From contig OZ241826.1 in NCBI GenBank assembly GCA_965202585.1, positions 15,500,001 to 15,564,000 on the forward strand: a stretch of 64,000 nt of DNA. The letters run 5' to 3'. A program made the translations under genes and the position numbers. The notes beneath the pieces were generated by a model that saw only the letters and a list, made by a program, of their open reading frames with translations, made no database searches and was not told the origin of the DNA. The stretch comes from Thalia democratica (taxonomy: Eukaryota). Of the stretch, positions 26,014 to 40,533 are shown in pieces (position 1 is the first letter of the stretch; the number at the start of each line of letters is the position of its first letter).

Positions 26014-28364
26014 ATGGGGTCGTCGGCATCTGTATCAAAATTCTCCCAAGACGTCAATTTTGAAAGTTTGGACGAAACTCAACTGGAAAACGCTGTAAAA
26101 GGACTTCAGACTGGACAATTGTCCTGTTTAGAAAGAATGACAAAACTGTCGGAACCTTGCGCTAAAATTGTTCAATTCATTATTTGGTTTGTTAAAGGTT
26201 TTTTTATCTATTTACAGTTTTGTTTAAACAAATAAAAAGGATGTAATAATACTTTAAATAAATTTTCAAAATAATCGGTGTGTAGATATCAAGTCTAGTA
26301 AATGTTGGAAAAACTATCAGTATGTTATGAATTGGTCAAAAAAATCTACAACGAAGCCATTTTATGGTTTTAACAAAACTTCAAATGTAACATATATAAA
26401 TACAATGTTTACTTATTAACATAAAAGCCCATTCAAATTTGTGTTAAAAAAAGTACAAAGTTAGACGTTATTGTATAAGTTTTTTATTATTGAGTTACTC
26501 CAAAACAAAACAAAGTTTTTTATTAGTCTCACTAACATGTAGGTTCATAAAAATATATAGCTTTTTATCGTTTGATTTCTAACGTGCTGGTTTAAATATA
26601 AAAAACAAATAGGAGCTTTCAAAGTCAATAAACTTTTTTTTTAGAATTACGCACTACAGTTATTGCCATAAAAAAAATGTAATAAAAGCTACATTTACTT
26701 TGAAACTAAATCAGTTTGAGCGCTGTGCTTGACACAATAGTTGTATAAAAAAATTAATGAAAGTTATAAAAATTATAACAACTATTCCATAAATAAAAAC
26801 AAAATAAAACATATTCAGGTACAACGAGACAGAATTATATCAGGAGGACACATTGGGATACCAGGACATGGCTAACCGGGCCAGGACCTTGTTGACCAAG
26901 CACCAGATAAATGAAGACCTGTTGTACTGGCCCGAGTACCCGGATCCAGCGTGGGTAATTCCCTCTGTTGAGAGTGTTAGCACCAGGGACGAAATTGTGG
27001 GTAGGAGTTTGGTCGTTTACCAGCAGAAAGTCGAACAGTGTCTTGTCCAACTCGATAATATTGGTTGGTTGAGATATATTGATTAATTTATTAAAATATC
27101 AATAAAACTGATTATAGTTGGTTATTGGTCTTATGGAATTGGTGGGCTGTTTTCAAGTATTAAAATATAGAAAGTTAAATCGGGAAGGTTCAGAGGCTTG
27201 TCAAAAATTAAAACAAAATTGAAATCTTTAAAAGTTATTTTTTAATCAAATTAGACTAATAAAGTTTTTGTATAGCAAACTTTACTTTAAAATAAAACTT
27301 TACTTTGACCAAAAATAGTTACTGAATTTATTTTAGTTGCATCTTTTAACCCTAAAACATTATAAAAGTTAGAAATAATTGATAGTTTTTATTAAGCTAC
27401 GACATATAATTGCTAAGTTACCTGTTCTTGTTAAACTGATGAGAAAAAAATAATTATTTTTATAGGTCAGACCGATGAGTTCACTTTGGACCTGAACCTG
27501 GGTCTTCCTAGCAACCAAATCGACCAGTTCGAAATCGTCACGGTAACCGAGGACAAGGTTGGTGACCAGTGCCCGATATGCTTGGCCGATTACGGGTTGG
27601 GTGATGAGGTTATGGCGCTACCGTGCGGCCATTTGATTCACGAAGAGTGCGCCAGACAGTGGTGAGAAATTATTTAATTAGTTTTAAAAACTGTTGTCTA
27701 GTTTTGTAGTGATATGTTTATATTTAGTGAATGATAACTGTTATTTAGGATTAGTTTGTTTAAGAAACTTTGTTAACTTCTATTTTTAAATAACATTTAG
27801 TATTAATTAACTAATTAATTATTATTAATTAATTAATAACATTACTAACTCGGTTAAAAGAAAACTTAATCACTTTGCAAAAATTTTTAATATTGTTTGT
27901 TATTTGTACTTTTTAACGTTTACACTTTTTGTGATTTTACAACTCAAAATAGTTTATAAAAATTCAAGCAGTTTGCATTTTTGCTTGCAAAACAAAGTCA
28001 AACTTTTTACAAATGTTTACCACCATTGCCTTTGGTAATCGGGTTTTTTATTTATTTAGTGTAATGAAAAAAAAAAAAACAAAAATTTACAGATTTTACA
28101 ATTTAACAAAAAATTTTTTAGATTTTCTTATAAACCTGTTCGTGTTTGAAGTTGAATTCGTTACATAACATTGAAAAAAAAAACTTCAGAACCTGACACT
28201 TTGATTAATTTTTTTAAAACTTCAGCAGCTAACACACTTAAATTTTTTTTTTGCAATTTGACAGGTTTCAGGACCGGGACACGTGCCCGGTCTGCCGTAA
28301 AAACTTCGGTCAGGAAAGCTACTGGCTCTCGGACATACTGGACAGACTCGAGAGTCAGGCATGA
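26014..28364 (+). CDS. RING-H2 E3 ubiquitin ligase with N-terminal myristoylation-type motif; join(26014..26186,26819..27063,27466..27661,28265..28364), 237 aa
   Basis: Phases match (2,1,2). Spliced RING-H2 reads CPICLADYGLGDEVMALPCGHLIHEECARQWFQDRDTCPVC. N-terminus MGSSAS fits M-G-x-x-x-S. Confidence 0.9.
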
Positions 28365-28801
28365 AACGAATTGATGGTCTGTGGTGGGGTGCACGAAACG
28401 TTTGCAGTTTTGAGAAAAAACGAAAAAAAAATATGGTAAAAAATTGGAACCAATAAAGTTACGATACAAATAAAAAGTACTTTTTTTCTAATGTTCAAGA
28501 ATCGTGTTATTCCTAGATCGGATAAATAGGAATCATCGGCAAAAATCATCAAGGTCAATTCATTTTATTCATTTCACTACGTATTTTTTATGTTTGGAGT
28601 GAGGTGCATAGATGCTGGATTAAAGTAAATAAAAAGTGACTGAAAAAACATTACTCAAAGGAACCGAATTCAATAAAATTATGTTACCAGCCGACAAAAA
28701 TTTTTACTTGAAAATGGTGCTAAATACTGCAAAATTTATAAATTCTTAACATTATCAAAATAAAAAGAAAAGCCAACATCGGCGAATGTCTATTATAATC
28801 A

Positions 28802-28990
28802 AGGCCTGGACTTTTATGTGCCTAAACTCAAATTAATAAAAATTTTTGATTATATAACCTCAATAATCAAACTTTACATAGACTTCGGTCATGACAAATT
28901 GGTTTCAACGGAAACAGAACCCGAGTTTCAGTCTACCGAAAGATCTTGTCATGTGATCGAAGTGATATGATCAAAACTCGATGAAGTCCA
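28802..28990. repeat. Short element with an internal inverted repeat, possible MITE remnant
   Basis: CTTCGGTCATGAC ... GTCATGTGATCGAAG inverted pair. GGACTT / AAGTCC ends. Confidence 0.35.
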
Positions 28991-30789
28991 CAACAGTTTG
29001 GTTGTTTGGAAATATAAACTCAGTTTTCAGTAATGTAAGGATAGTTTCTGAGAAAAAGTGAACATACAAGCAAAGTTTTTCATATTGTCCTGCAAAATCA
29101 CTTAAACTAAATTAGCCTGTACAGAAATAAACAAGTCTGGGATATATTTCAATTTCGATCGGCTTTTCTTATACGTTATCAGTTTATTGTTAATTTCAAA
29201 ACTTTTCTACACATTATAAAACATTATTTAAAGTGTTTAGGTTTAATTTTACTGGCGAAACTAAAGTATCAAGCTGGTTAATATATTAATTTGAATTGTT
29301 ATAGATTATTAAAAAGACTTACATGCCATTGAAAAAAATTAAATGCAACAGCATTGGCTATGGTTTAAGATTATACACAGCTAGTCAAGAAAACATCATA
29401 ATAAAGTTTAAAAACTATTAAGTTTATTAATTTTTAAGTAAAGTAGGTTGACAAGCAAACAGAACCACAAAACTATTAAAAAAAACATAAGAACTTAGTT
29501 TAGCTTGTAAACATGATAAGTATAACTTTTAACTTACTTTTACAGTAGCTTATACAGTGTTTAAACTGTTGTTATTGTTAAAAGTTTTCTTTAATAAAAT
29601 TAAATTAAAGTTTTAGCACAAAACCTAAATATTGTTGTCTTGAAGTATACATTTTCTTGATTTTCATTAGCATAGAAATAATCTTTTCATAAAAGGGTGT
29701 TTCGTTCAAAGTAAACCATTTTGATTTTAAAACGTAAACAAAAACTAATACATTGATTGGATTTATTATAAAAAAACATAAAACATACTTTCGAAATGTT
29801 TCTAAAGCACTATGAAAATCTATTGTCTAAAAAAGACATACACTATATTCAAGAAAAAAATAATTGCAATCAATAATGGATCAAAAAAGAGTAAACTTAA
29901 AATATATTTATTGTAAAAAAATTAAACAATTTTTAAGAACAAATAAATGCATTACAAAAGTTAAACTATTACTAGTAAAAGATTTTGTTTGAAATTATTT
30001 CGAATTTCAGAACAATAAATCTTGAAATTAAAAAAAAAACTTTTTAAAAGCAAGCAAGACTTCAGTTAAGTTAACTTCGAAAGTACTGTAGACTTATTAA
30101 CATTATATTTTTAATTGTTCTTTGTATATAAAACAGTGTTGAGTGATAAAAGATAAAACTTTTCCAAAAAAGATTAAAACAAGAACAATATGAAACTGTT
30201 TTCTTAAGTTTTTAAAGACTAACATTACAGTGAGTGTTTAAAACAAAAAAGAAAGTTAATATATAAATTATTTGGGCTTTAACTACTCAACAGCTTGTAT
30301 AAACCAAGAAAACAGAAAAACGGTTAAATAATTTTAATCTCAATAAATAATTTTATTCAGCTTAAGAAGCATACCAATTAGTCGATTTTAAGATAACAGT
30401 TTAAGTTTAATGGTTTTACTGTGATTATAATAAAACAACATTGATAAACATTTTATTTTGTTATAGTATAGAGAAAGCAAACTTATTCAATCAACTGAAA
30501 AGGCTTCTAAGTTATTGAAATGTTTCATTTTGCTTTAATGCTAATCATGTTTGAAATAGTTTCAGAACTACATACGTAAGTTTAGAAGCATTTCAGTGTT
30601 TGAAGACAGCTTAGATTGAAGGTTTTAGTAACTAAGCTGAAAACAAACAAAACCTAATGCTTTGGTGTCAAAATACTGATAAAGTTATTATGTACAAAGA
30701 TAAAATGGATATTCACTAAAACGCCAACACAGTTTCGAATAAAGCGCCAACTTTATCATAAATTCCAACACATACTTTATAACAACACA

Positions 30790-30965
30790 TTTGAAACTTC
30801 CAAACTGAAAATTTCCCGCTCAAACTTCGTCGTCTTGGTAACCACAAACGAGAGAGAGACGGTCTCGGAAACCAGCTCTTCTCATACTTGTCACGTATTT
30901 GTTCTTTATTACGTCATAATGTGGTTTGGGAACGACGCTCCAGCTTCTGTGAACTTTTGAGCTCA
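30790..30965. promoter_or_regulatory. CpG-enriched promoter-like island
   Basis: Local CpG enrichment, TTTCCCGC (E2F-like) at 30812-30819, TTACGTCAT (CRE-like), GA repeat. No ORF. Confidence 0.35.
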
Positions 30966-33900
30966 TGATATTTTTAATGGTTTTTTATGAAAAGTTCAAC
31001 AAAGGAAAAACTTCATTTTAAGAGTAAATGAAAAGAAAATTACTTTTTTTTTGATGTTAACCATTTTATCAAATGTACACGTAAATGTTGTTTTATTGTG
31101 CAATTGTGTGGTTTGTTCGATGTTTGTTTTATAAAGATTACAGTCTAATTGATTTAAATTAGAAACTTATCTTTTTTCAGATGACACAGCTGAAAATAAA
31201 TTGTTTGTTCTGTTTATAATTTCTGAGAATTTAAAAAAGCATTATTTTATTGTTGAATGAAATTAATGTTCCATTTTAGATGTACTTATAGTTAAAGATG
31301 GTCTTTATTGTCTTTTAAGAAAACAAAAATTATACAAACTGTATAAGCTTTACGATTTTTGACAAGCGTTTTTTTAACTTTCATGATCTCTATGCTTGAA
31401 TAATTATTTTTAACTGCAATTTAGGCAAATTTCTTTTTAACTACAAGTTTAATATTGTTTTAATTTTAATCTTAATTGAAGAGTTTATAAATGCTTAGTT
31501 AATCTTAAAATAAAACAAGCGTTTTTAATTTACTTTAATTATTTTTTTAGTATACAGTTTACTGTTTTATTTTAAATAAATATCGGAAAAAAGTACAAAC
31601 GTTCTACAGAAACTTTTTTTTTATACAAAAAGTTCTAAATCAATCCAAAATCGTAATACATCTAAATAAAGTAAATTATGGCACAAATAAAATTCAGTGG
31701 AAAACCACTGGAATATAATGCGTTCCTGGCACAAACTGAGATTATAATTCATTTCTTTTTATTTCGGTTTTTTTCTCAAGTCGACACGTACGCAGCAAAT
31801 TAAAAAAAGAAACCTTGTATTATGTAAAAATTCTTTAATTAGATAAAATTTTTTAATTAAATATTTAATGTTAAAACATCCTTTACACTGATTGAAACTA
31901 AGATTTTGTAGAATCAAAAAGTATTTTACAAAACATGTTATAGTTAAAAGAGAGGCTAGATTATAATTTCTGAACAAAGAGTTTCTATTCGTTGTATAAC
32001 ATGTTTATTTCAGCCTTAATTTTGAAACTATAAGACTTTTGATTAAATCTAAAATGTTAAGAACTATTTTACAATTATTAAAACTTAGGTTTTATGCAAT
32101 CAAAGAAATATTTTACAAAATACAAGGTAATAAAATGACTAGTTTAAAATTTAAGGACAGAAGTTTCACTAGTACTATAAAATTTTAAATTTTAAATTGA
32201 CTTTTAGTACCAAATTTATTTTCTGCAAAAATTAAGTGTTTTGTATTGAGCATGTTTAAGTTTAAACAATGTTTAAATACATTGCAAATTTATTTCGAAA
32301 TACTTCAGTAACATTTATAGTGAAGAAAACAGCTTTATATCTTACAAGGTATCAAAAACTTTACTTTAGAACATAACAAATAAAAAATTTATTATTTTAA
32401 ATTTTATCGAGTTATATAAGATAATTTATGTACAGTAAAACATGCAGTTAATGTATCTTTTGCATCTAGTGAAATATAGTCTAAAAGCACAACATAAAAT
32501 TCATGAAAATAAAACTGATTTTATCATATAATAAAATGTCAGATCTGTCTAGTAGCTATTATTGTTTTATACGTTTTAAATGAAGTTGAATTGTTGGTTT
32601 TACTCAAATCTAAAACTGATTTTATAAGATCTTATATTGTGTGAGTAACAATTTTAAAAAGTTATACACCATTTTCAAATTAATCTCAACTTTAAATTTC
32701 GCTACACAAGCTGTGTTTTAAACCTATTTTAAATACTAAGGATCTAAAAACTTGAAAAGTAATTATATGCAGAGTTAAGTAGAAAAATATAGTTAAAGTA
32801 TAAAACTTTGTAAATGGCGACTTGTGTTTTAACGGCAATATTTATTTTAAACTGGAAACAAAATGTTATTAAACTTTAAACGGACAAATATCAGTTAATT
32901 GATTTATGTTTTAGTTTTCCTGCACAAAACTTATTTATTAAGTGAACAAATAAAAAATTCGAATTCAAAAAAAACTTTGGTCATAATTAGTTAAACAGAA
33001 TTAATGTAAATAAAAAAACATATTTTAAGTGAAGACTAAACGTTACAAGGTCTTTTAAATGCAAAATATTTATTAATGGTTAATCTTGAGTTTAATGTTT
33101 AATGAATTTTTTAACTTAATGCACTTTTTCACCTAAAAAACCTAACAATTTAATCGAGATATTAATCAATAATAATTTTTTTTAAGAAAAGTTGTATTCT
33201 GAAAATTTGAATTTTTATAAATAAAAAGTGCATTTGTAGTATTTATTTAAAAGTTTTCCCCTGAAGTTTTTGAACCCTGAAGTTTTTAACCATATATCAT
33301 AAAACAATTATGTATCAAAAATCAATAAAGTTAAGTTTAATTTATTCAAGCATTTAAAAACAATTCAAATTAAAATGTCTATAAGAAGCAACTAAATATT
33401 AAAAAAACATAAAATAATATGTTCTAAGGTATTTAATATTTTCAATATAAAAATAAAAGAACGAAATAAGTACGTTTACATACTAAATACTTTCATATTT
33501 TTATACAAAAGCTTCTATGATAGCAGACATAAAACAATTATCACACTAAAGTTTGTTAATTTTAAGACTAAACTATTTTTGGTCAAAAGTTACAAAAAGA
33601 TTAAACGCGATAAAATAAACAAATGATGAATGAGTAAAACATTAAAAATAAGTCAATTAAAAATATTAACAAAATGGCTGGATACGATATGAATAAATTG
33701 TAAGTACTACTCTGTATGTAGACGTAAGTTTTAAAAGTCGACAATTAAAGGCTAGACGATGCTGTAAATACTTCTTTTTTACTTACAAAAATGTCTATGC
33801 TCTTTCTCTCTATTTTGACATTTAGCTTATTTTTTTCATGCAACTCTTAAAGTGAGAATTTGAACAAAAAGTTGAAACACAGTGTATAAAACAAACACTA

Positions 33901-36099
33901 AATTGATAAAATATTTTTATTAGCTACGATTTTATGTATGCTTTAAGTTAAAAACACTAAAAGTATACTTTCAAAAAAATAGTTGAAAATACTAGAAAAC
34001 GTTTTTGACTCTTAGTTATAGCGTTAAAATATTATTTATAACGCTGTAAACTAAGATAAGAATGTAGAACGTTAATAAATGTAAAGCTATATTAAACTCA
34101 TGTTGTTAAAACTTTAGTTTTTTCTAATATTACTGTTGTGTTGATTTTCTTTTAACATAACCAATGATTTTTAACTAATTAGTCTGTATGCTATTTTCCG
34201 AATAAATTTAATTCAGACATAATATTCAATAAAAAAATGTAATCAATACTTTTATAAAAAGAACAAATCAAAGAAATAATTAAAAGCGAACTGATTTTTA
34301 AACCGCAAGTTAAAATGGCGTCCATTGAAAATAGTCCGCTGAAGAATGGTACAAAATGTTAAAAAGCTTACAAGTTCTTTGACTCATTATGTATGCAAAC
34401 AATCTGATGAAACATGCAAAACTGCTTCAATGTATTGTGTACTAACAAAGTTTGTTGCTAGATTTTCATCGGTTTTGTTTTGTGATATTATTTTTTTGGA
34501 TAAAACATAGTATCCTTAAACAAAAAAGGGCTTTTTTAATCTTTAAACCCACTCTAATATTTTAACTTAATTATATTACTTAATGTTCTTATCTATTCAT
34601 TTTAACTTAATCACTTATCAGAACAAGTTTTCGAAAATTTTGCTTCAAGTAGTTGCTATGAGAAAATTTAAGCTAAAACAATATTGTTTAATAATATCTA
34701 GAAATTAAAAAAAAGCTACAAATGTTGTAGTTCTACTAACTATATATTATTTAATTTTTCTAAATCAAAAGTTCCTAACATAGTCGTTAAAAGTTTATCG
34801 AATATTTAAGTTAAATGATTTTTACTAGTTCAAGTCTTACGTATTTACTTATGAAAGTTAAATTAAGGCTAAAAAGTCGCATTAAAATTACTTAGCTAGT
34901 AAAAATCATGTAATAAAAACTGCGTAAAAATACAATTAACACTATTTAATTTTAACCCAAATAAACCTTAAACTATGTGATCTTTTAAAACGTGCCTGGT
35001 TAAACAGAAACAAAAAAAATCCTTACAAATTTATTTTCAAAACATAGGTAAAAGCTAAAGTATTCAATTTAGATAACAGCTTTTATTTTACGAACTAAGG
35101 TTGATAAATTCTATAAAAGTCTAACATATTTATTTTCTCAGTTAGATAATAGCTTTTGTATAAAAGTTGTTCTAAGAATTATTTACCTTGTGAAAAATAA
35201 GCTGTAAAACAAAGCTTAGATGTCAATATTTTGTACTTCAATCAGAATAAACTTTATAGTTTGGTTTTGTTGTCTGATAATTCGAAACCAAATATTTTTG
35301 AACAAACAAAATGAAAAACCAATAAAATATAAAACAAACAAATCGTAGACTTTACTTTAGATTTATTACAATAAAACAGCTTTTTTTTAAGATTGATTTG
35401 TTTTAAACATAATTTTGTTTGATATTAGAATTCTTTAAAAATATCAATATTAATGCAATCTACATTTTATTTTTTAGTAATAGAATTGACTACATGTTAT
35501 ACAGTTTTACAATTCACTGAAAAAAAAAAGTTTTACGACATTAACCAGTACATGCATTTAAAACGATTGTTAGCATAAAACAGATGATTTTAATTTTATT
35601 CTGAAAAAATGTTATAATCAAAAACCTAGCTTAAACTATTATACGGGTTCCCATGTATGAGTAACAAGTAAAAATAAATTTAGATGCATTTAAGAACTTT
35701 AAAGAAATTTTTATCATGAAAGCTTTAATCACTTTATAAATTACACCAAAAAAAACTGTCTCATTATTTAAGAATACCAAATTTTCAAATCAAGTCTTTA
35801 TAGTTTTGCTAAAACAGCTAATTAAAACTGAACCCTTTTGCAGTTAACTAGAAAATTTTATTATTTCCAATTTTTTTTTTGAAACTAGATGATTACTTTG
35901 TTTTATAAGTGCAAAAACTAGGAATTTTAAGTTTACAAGTTTGCACTACTTATTTCTAAGTGTGTTTGATAATTAAAATTAGATTTACTTAGTGAAAGTT
36001 TTAATTATCTTTAGGCCCCAAAACAAATTTATGTGCAATAATGCTAGAAGAGTACAAAACTAAATTCATATCAAAAAATGCGCATTAATTTTCCATTGG

Positions 36100-37650
36100 A
36101 AAACAAATGTTCTCTAAAAAGCGCGCAAATTCAAACTTTAAAATTACAAACTTCAAATTAGACAAAGTAGGAATTTGCGAACCTAAGTCAGCAAGTGAGG
36201 CTGTTGTCCAGCAGATGAGAAGCAGAAGTTGAAAATGACATAATGTCTATAAAAGAATTATATGTCGCGCATTAAAACAGCGCCACAAAATCAAACAAGC
36301 TCCATTACACAAACACTGTAATAAAAATCGAGTGTAGAAAAAGTTCACATTTTACAGCTAACAAAGATAATGTTTAGCTACCGGAAAAATACCAATATAC
36401 TTTGTGAAAAATCCAGAAATTTGATAACACGCGGGTTCAATTTCACTACCAAGCAATAAAAATTCGCAACAGACAAAAAGAAGCTGTAATTTCAACCCAG
36501 CAGACAGAGACGGCAGCAAAGCGCGATGCAAAGCAAACAGAGGAAAAAGTGTGGAAAAGCCGAAAAAGTGTGGAAATTTCAAATTTCACATCGAAATATC
36601 GAAACGCATGGATGAATGTTGTAAAGCCCCCAGGTGCGGCGAAAAATCCAAGAAAAAAAATGATGTGAAAAGGCGAAAATTTAAGGATGGTTTTCAAGGC
36701 GCGCTTCGGTATAAAGTTTGATTTGGAGCGAGGATTGGTTTTAGGCGGCGCATTTTCAAATAATGGGAGCAATTTCCCCTCTCGATAAAAAGCCGTGGAA
36801 GTTTTTCCGAACGGCCGTCACGTTCCGGACGTCTGCGAGGTCTCGTCATCGAAGCGTCGATTAGCGGCATTGCGCGTCTGATTGCATTTTTCGTCTGGTG
36901 AAACTATTTAAACTTTGTAATCAAAAAAAAAGTTTTTAGTTTTTTTTCTTAAGAAAAAGAAGCTTATAAGCTGCAGCAAATGAAAAATACTTCGCATTTT
37001 ATTTCCACTGCTCAACAATTTCTTCCCCCTTTCCACGCGCGCTCATCATCTCATTGTCGCTTTATGTAAGCAGCCATCATCGGCTCATTCCAACTGCATT
37101 GTGACGTCAAAGGTGTGAGAAACGCGAGAAAACCGAGAGAGCCTTGAGGGCAGACGCTCGATGCGTTGGAAATCAGAAATTCAAATTTCAAATTTCTACC
37201 CGGTCACAGTTTATCACCTGGCAACGGTTTTGCGTGGCAACGACGTTTCAATTTCGGTTGCCATGGAGAAGCGTAACTGGGTTGGTTGCAATTTTTCTAG
37301 AAACTTCGTTGCTCATACTTTCGACTGGTTTTGCAAGTAAAAAATATAATGAATTTAAGCAGAGCTGAAAAGTGGCGTGAAAATTGAACTGAAATGCGGA
37401 AGTTGAAATTATAATATCTCACTGAACATTAAATTATTAAACGAATTACCTGCAAGAGGAAGCTTTAAAAGATACTTTCTCAAAAAGTGTCAAACACAAT
37501 GGGGTCAATAAAAAGGATTGTTGAAAGTTGCGCAAGGTTTATATAAATATCAAACAAAAACCTTTTTTTTTTTCACAGTGATTTATTTTTTCTCCTTTTT
37601 ATTGTGAGGGCAGCTTACCGCAAAGTGGCTGCCATCCAAGTTAATTTTAT
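36100..37650. promoter_or_regulatory. Large non-coding CpG-rich island (promoter, long 5' UTR or lncRNA)
   Basis: Many CpG/GCGC motifs against an AT-rich background. TGACGTCA near 37102. Three RFX-type half sites at 37217-37270. No protein-like ORF. Confidence 0.45.
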
Positions 37651-40533
37651 TTTCCACAGTTTTGAATTTTATTTCGTGTTCGGAAAATTTTTGAACTTTG
37701 TTTGAATGTAAGTTTTGAAGTTTACTTTGAGTAAATATTTTTTATGGTTTTCGAAAACTTTTCTTTGGTAAATCATAACATACCTATTAAATGATAATAA
37801 TATTAAAAATACCAATACGAAAGTATCTTAACTTAAAATAAATAGTATAAAGTGTTTACTTAACTACAGTTATCAGCTAGTTTTAATTCCATTACAATAA
37901 AAAACAACGTAAAACAAATATTAAATCAAAAACAATGTTGTTCAACAAACTTAAATAAAATTTCATATGTTTTTTGCAAGTAACCATGATTGTATGTTTT
38001 TTTATAATAAATTACCAGGTATACATAAAAAAAAACGCTTAATTGCGTCTGAATTGAAAATGTGCTACATAAACATTAAAAGCCGCATAATCCTCGCTTA
38101 AAATTGCTACACACCGTTTAATAACATTAATGTCTTGTTAAATGAAATTACACAAATATTTTTCTGCTTAACATGACCTTACAAGCATTTTAAAACTGAA
38201 AATTTCGTTTCTAAACATTGTGGTTATACCGCCTAAAATGTTTTATTGGAATTGTTACAAAGTATACAGTAAAGTAGGCTTTTTTCATAAAATAAAAGTT
38301 TAACTACTAAGTGGACCACAAGTACATTATAAAGGCTATGTAAAACCTTGTAAGACAAACTTATAAAAAATGATATAATAAAAAGACATTCAAAAAGCAC
38401 TAGCTTAAAGACTAAAAAAAGCCTCATTGCTCTTAAGCTATTTTGCTTATAAAAACACTAATGTTAGAAAAAGTATTTAGACATAAATACAGTTTTAGAA
38501 AGTAAAAGGCTGTATGAGGTATTTTTTACAAAACTTGAAAAAGTGTATCAGACCATTTTAGTTTATAAGCTGCCAAGGTATATCAGTTCCAAACTTTTTC
38601 CAGGGAAAAATTAAATTTTTGCTCAAAAAGTCGATACCATTTTAAACCCGAAAAGTAAACCTCTTAAATTTATTTTTCACATATTTTAGTAAAAAAATAT
38701 TTTTAATTTTTCATACTTTTTTTGAGTGCATAAAGGTTCGAGTTCTTCAATAAATCCGACAAAAACAAAATAATTTTCACATATTATATTTTCATCAACA
38801 AAGCGAAAACATCCGACTCGGCGACCTCTGACCCACCTAACGGAGCTTTTCATCGAACAACGCGAATGTCGAACTTCGCGAATATCGATTATCAGATCGA
38901 TCTGCAACGTGAACTCTCTACACATCTTGTTTCGAAAATATTTTGTTGTTTGTCAGCGCTGACAGATTTACTTGTTGAGTTTTGTGAAAGCTTCGATTTG
39001 TTTTGGAATGTTTTAATTAAAAAATTATAGATTTTTTAGCAGTTCAAAGTTTTGCATCTATATGACATACTGTTTTTATGAATACTTCGTGAATAATTTT
39101 TTTTCTTTATAATATGTCTATAGTTTTAAGACTTTAACTTCTTTTATGTCTACTTTGGCCTTTTTTATAAGTACGGTTTCATTGAGAACTTTTATGATTT
39201 TGAAACACTTTTACAAAATTAGAAATTTTTTCTTAACTTATGGCTTTTTTTCAATTTGTATTTGAAATAAAGTTACATTTAAACTCTATATAACTTAACA
39301 ACAAGCTGTGTTAGTTTGTTCTATTTTACAACTTGTAAGAGAAATAATAAAAGTATCGTATTGTGTTTAATATATAAGTCTTCAACTACAACAAACTAAG
39401 TAAATTCAAAGCCTGTATATTGCCTACTGTAATATTTTTTTTTTAATTAATGTAGCTCATACAAATATCTCAGTATATCTAGCAACATCCGAAAACTACA
39501 TTCAAGTTTCATTTGTAGAGCAGCTAAAAGATTGTGCTTACAAGATATTGTTTTTTACTACAATTAAAAAAAAAGCTTTAAAAATAAGCACTGTTTTGGA
39601 CTATCTCTTCTTAATAAACTGTTTTAAACATATCTATTTTATCTATGTTAAGTCTTATTGGATTTTTAAATTAATTATTAGTTACCACTTAGATACATTT
39701 ATGATCAAACAAATTATTTTTACTTTTTATTGTAATAACTCTCTCTGGAAGGTAATTGTATAAAAACCACTTAAAATTTTGTGAAATTTTTAATTTATGA
39801 CATATGAAAACTTACTAGCGTGAAAAACTAGTTACATTTATCACAAGTCTTTTGTAACAACTAATATTTCATGTAACGAACAACAAAGATGATATTTAAA
39901 TCATGATAGTTAATATTGACAAAAGCTTATCATGAATTACATAATACTAGTATTTATTTTAACATACCATGTCTGTAAACTAGAAGTTTTATGCGTTAGT
40001 TTAAATTTTCAAGTCTCAAACTTTTTTTTTTTTAATTAAGTAGTTAATGACTTATGCAGTAAAAAATATTTTTGTTATTTTAATGGTATATTGACTGTAA
40101 CTTAAACTCAAAACTTAAGATATATTCAAGTTACTTTTAATGTAAGGCCTTGTATACAAATTATTTTTAGAAGTGTTAGATAACAATACTTACTTATACA
40201 AAAAACAAATTTTCTTAATTTATATGACATTTATTCCTTAACAAATACACAATTTGCGAACCCAGAAGTCAATTTAAACAATAAAAAGAAGAAATGAGAC
40301 ATTTAACAAAACACAAGGTAATTCGCAACAAAAAAAAATGGGGGAATTTTTTTACCTATACAACAAAATGGACTTTTCGCAAAACAACACACAGAAACAC
40401 GTAAGAAGAAAAAAAGTATAAAAAAGAAGCGAAAAGTTATGAAAGAATTATCTATAGAAGTTATGATGTATATTGTGACGTCACGCAAGGCCGAAGCCAA
40501 CCGTGTTGTTGTGACGTCATTATGACGTCATAG

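Noticed and set aside
28355-28558. IFADD motif resembling a reverse transcriptase core
   Set aside because: Stops lie immediately upstream, no other RT motifs are present, and it overlaps the RING 3' end antisense.
34313-34346. Possible first exon MASIENSPLKN with donor G|GTACAA
   Set aside because: No downstream exon giving a credible protein was found.
36358-37368. Several 70-110 aa ORFs in the CpG island
   Set aside because: No domain signal, no coherent splice chain, and F/L/R-rich composition typical of UTR or promoter DNA.
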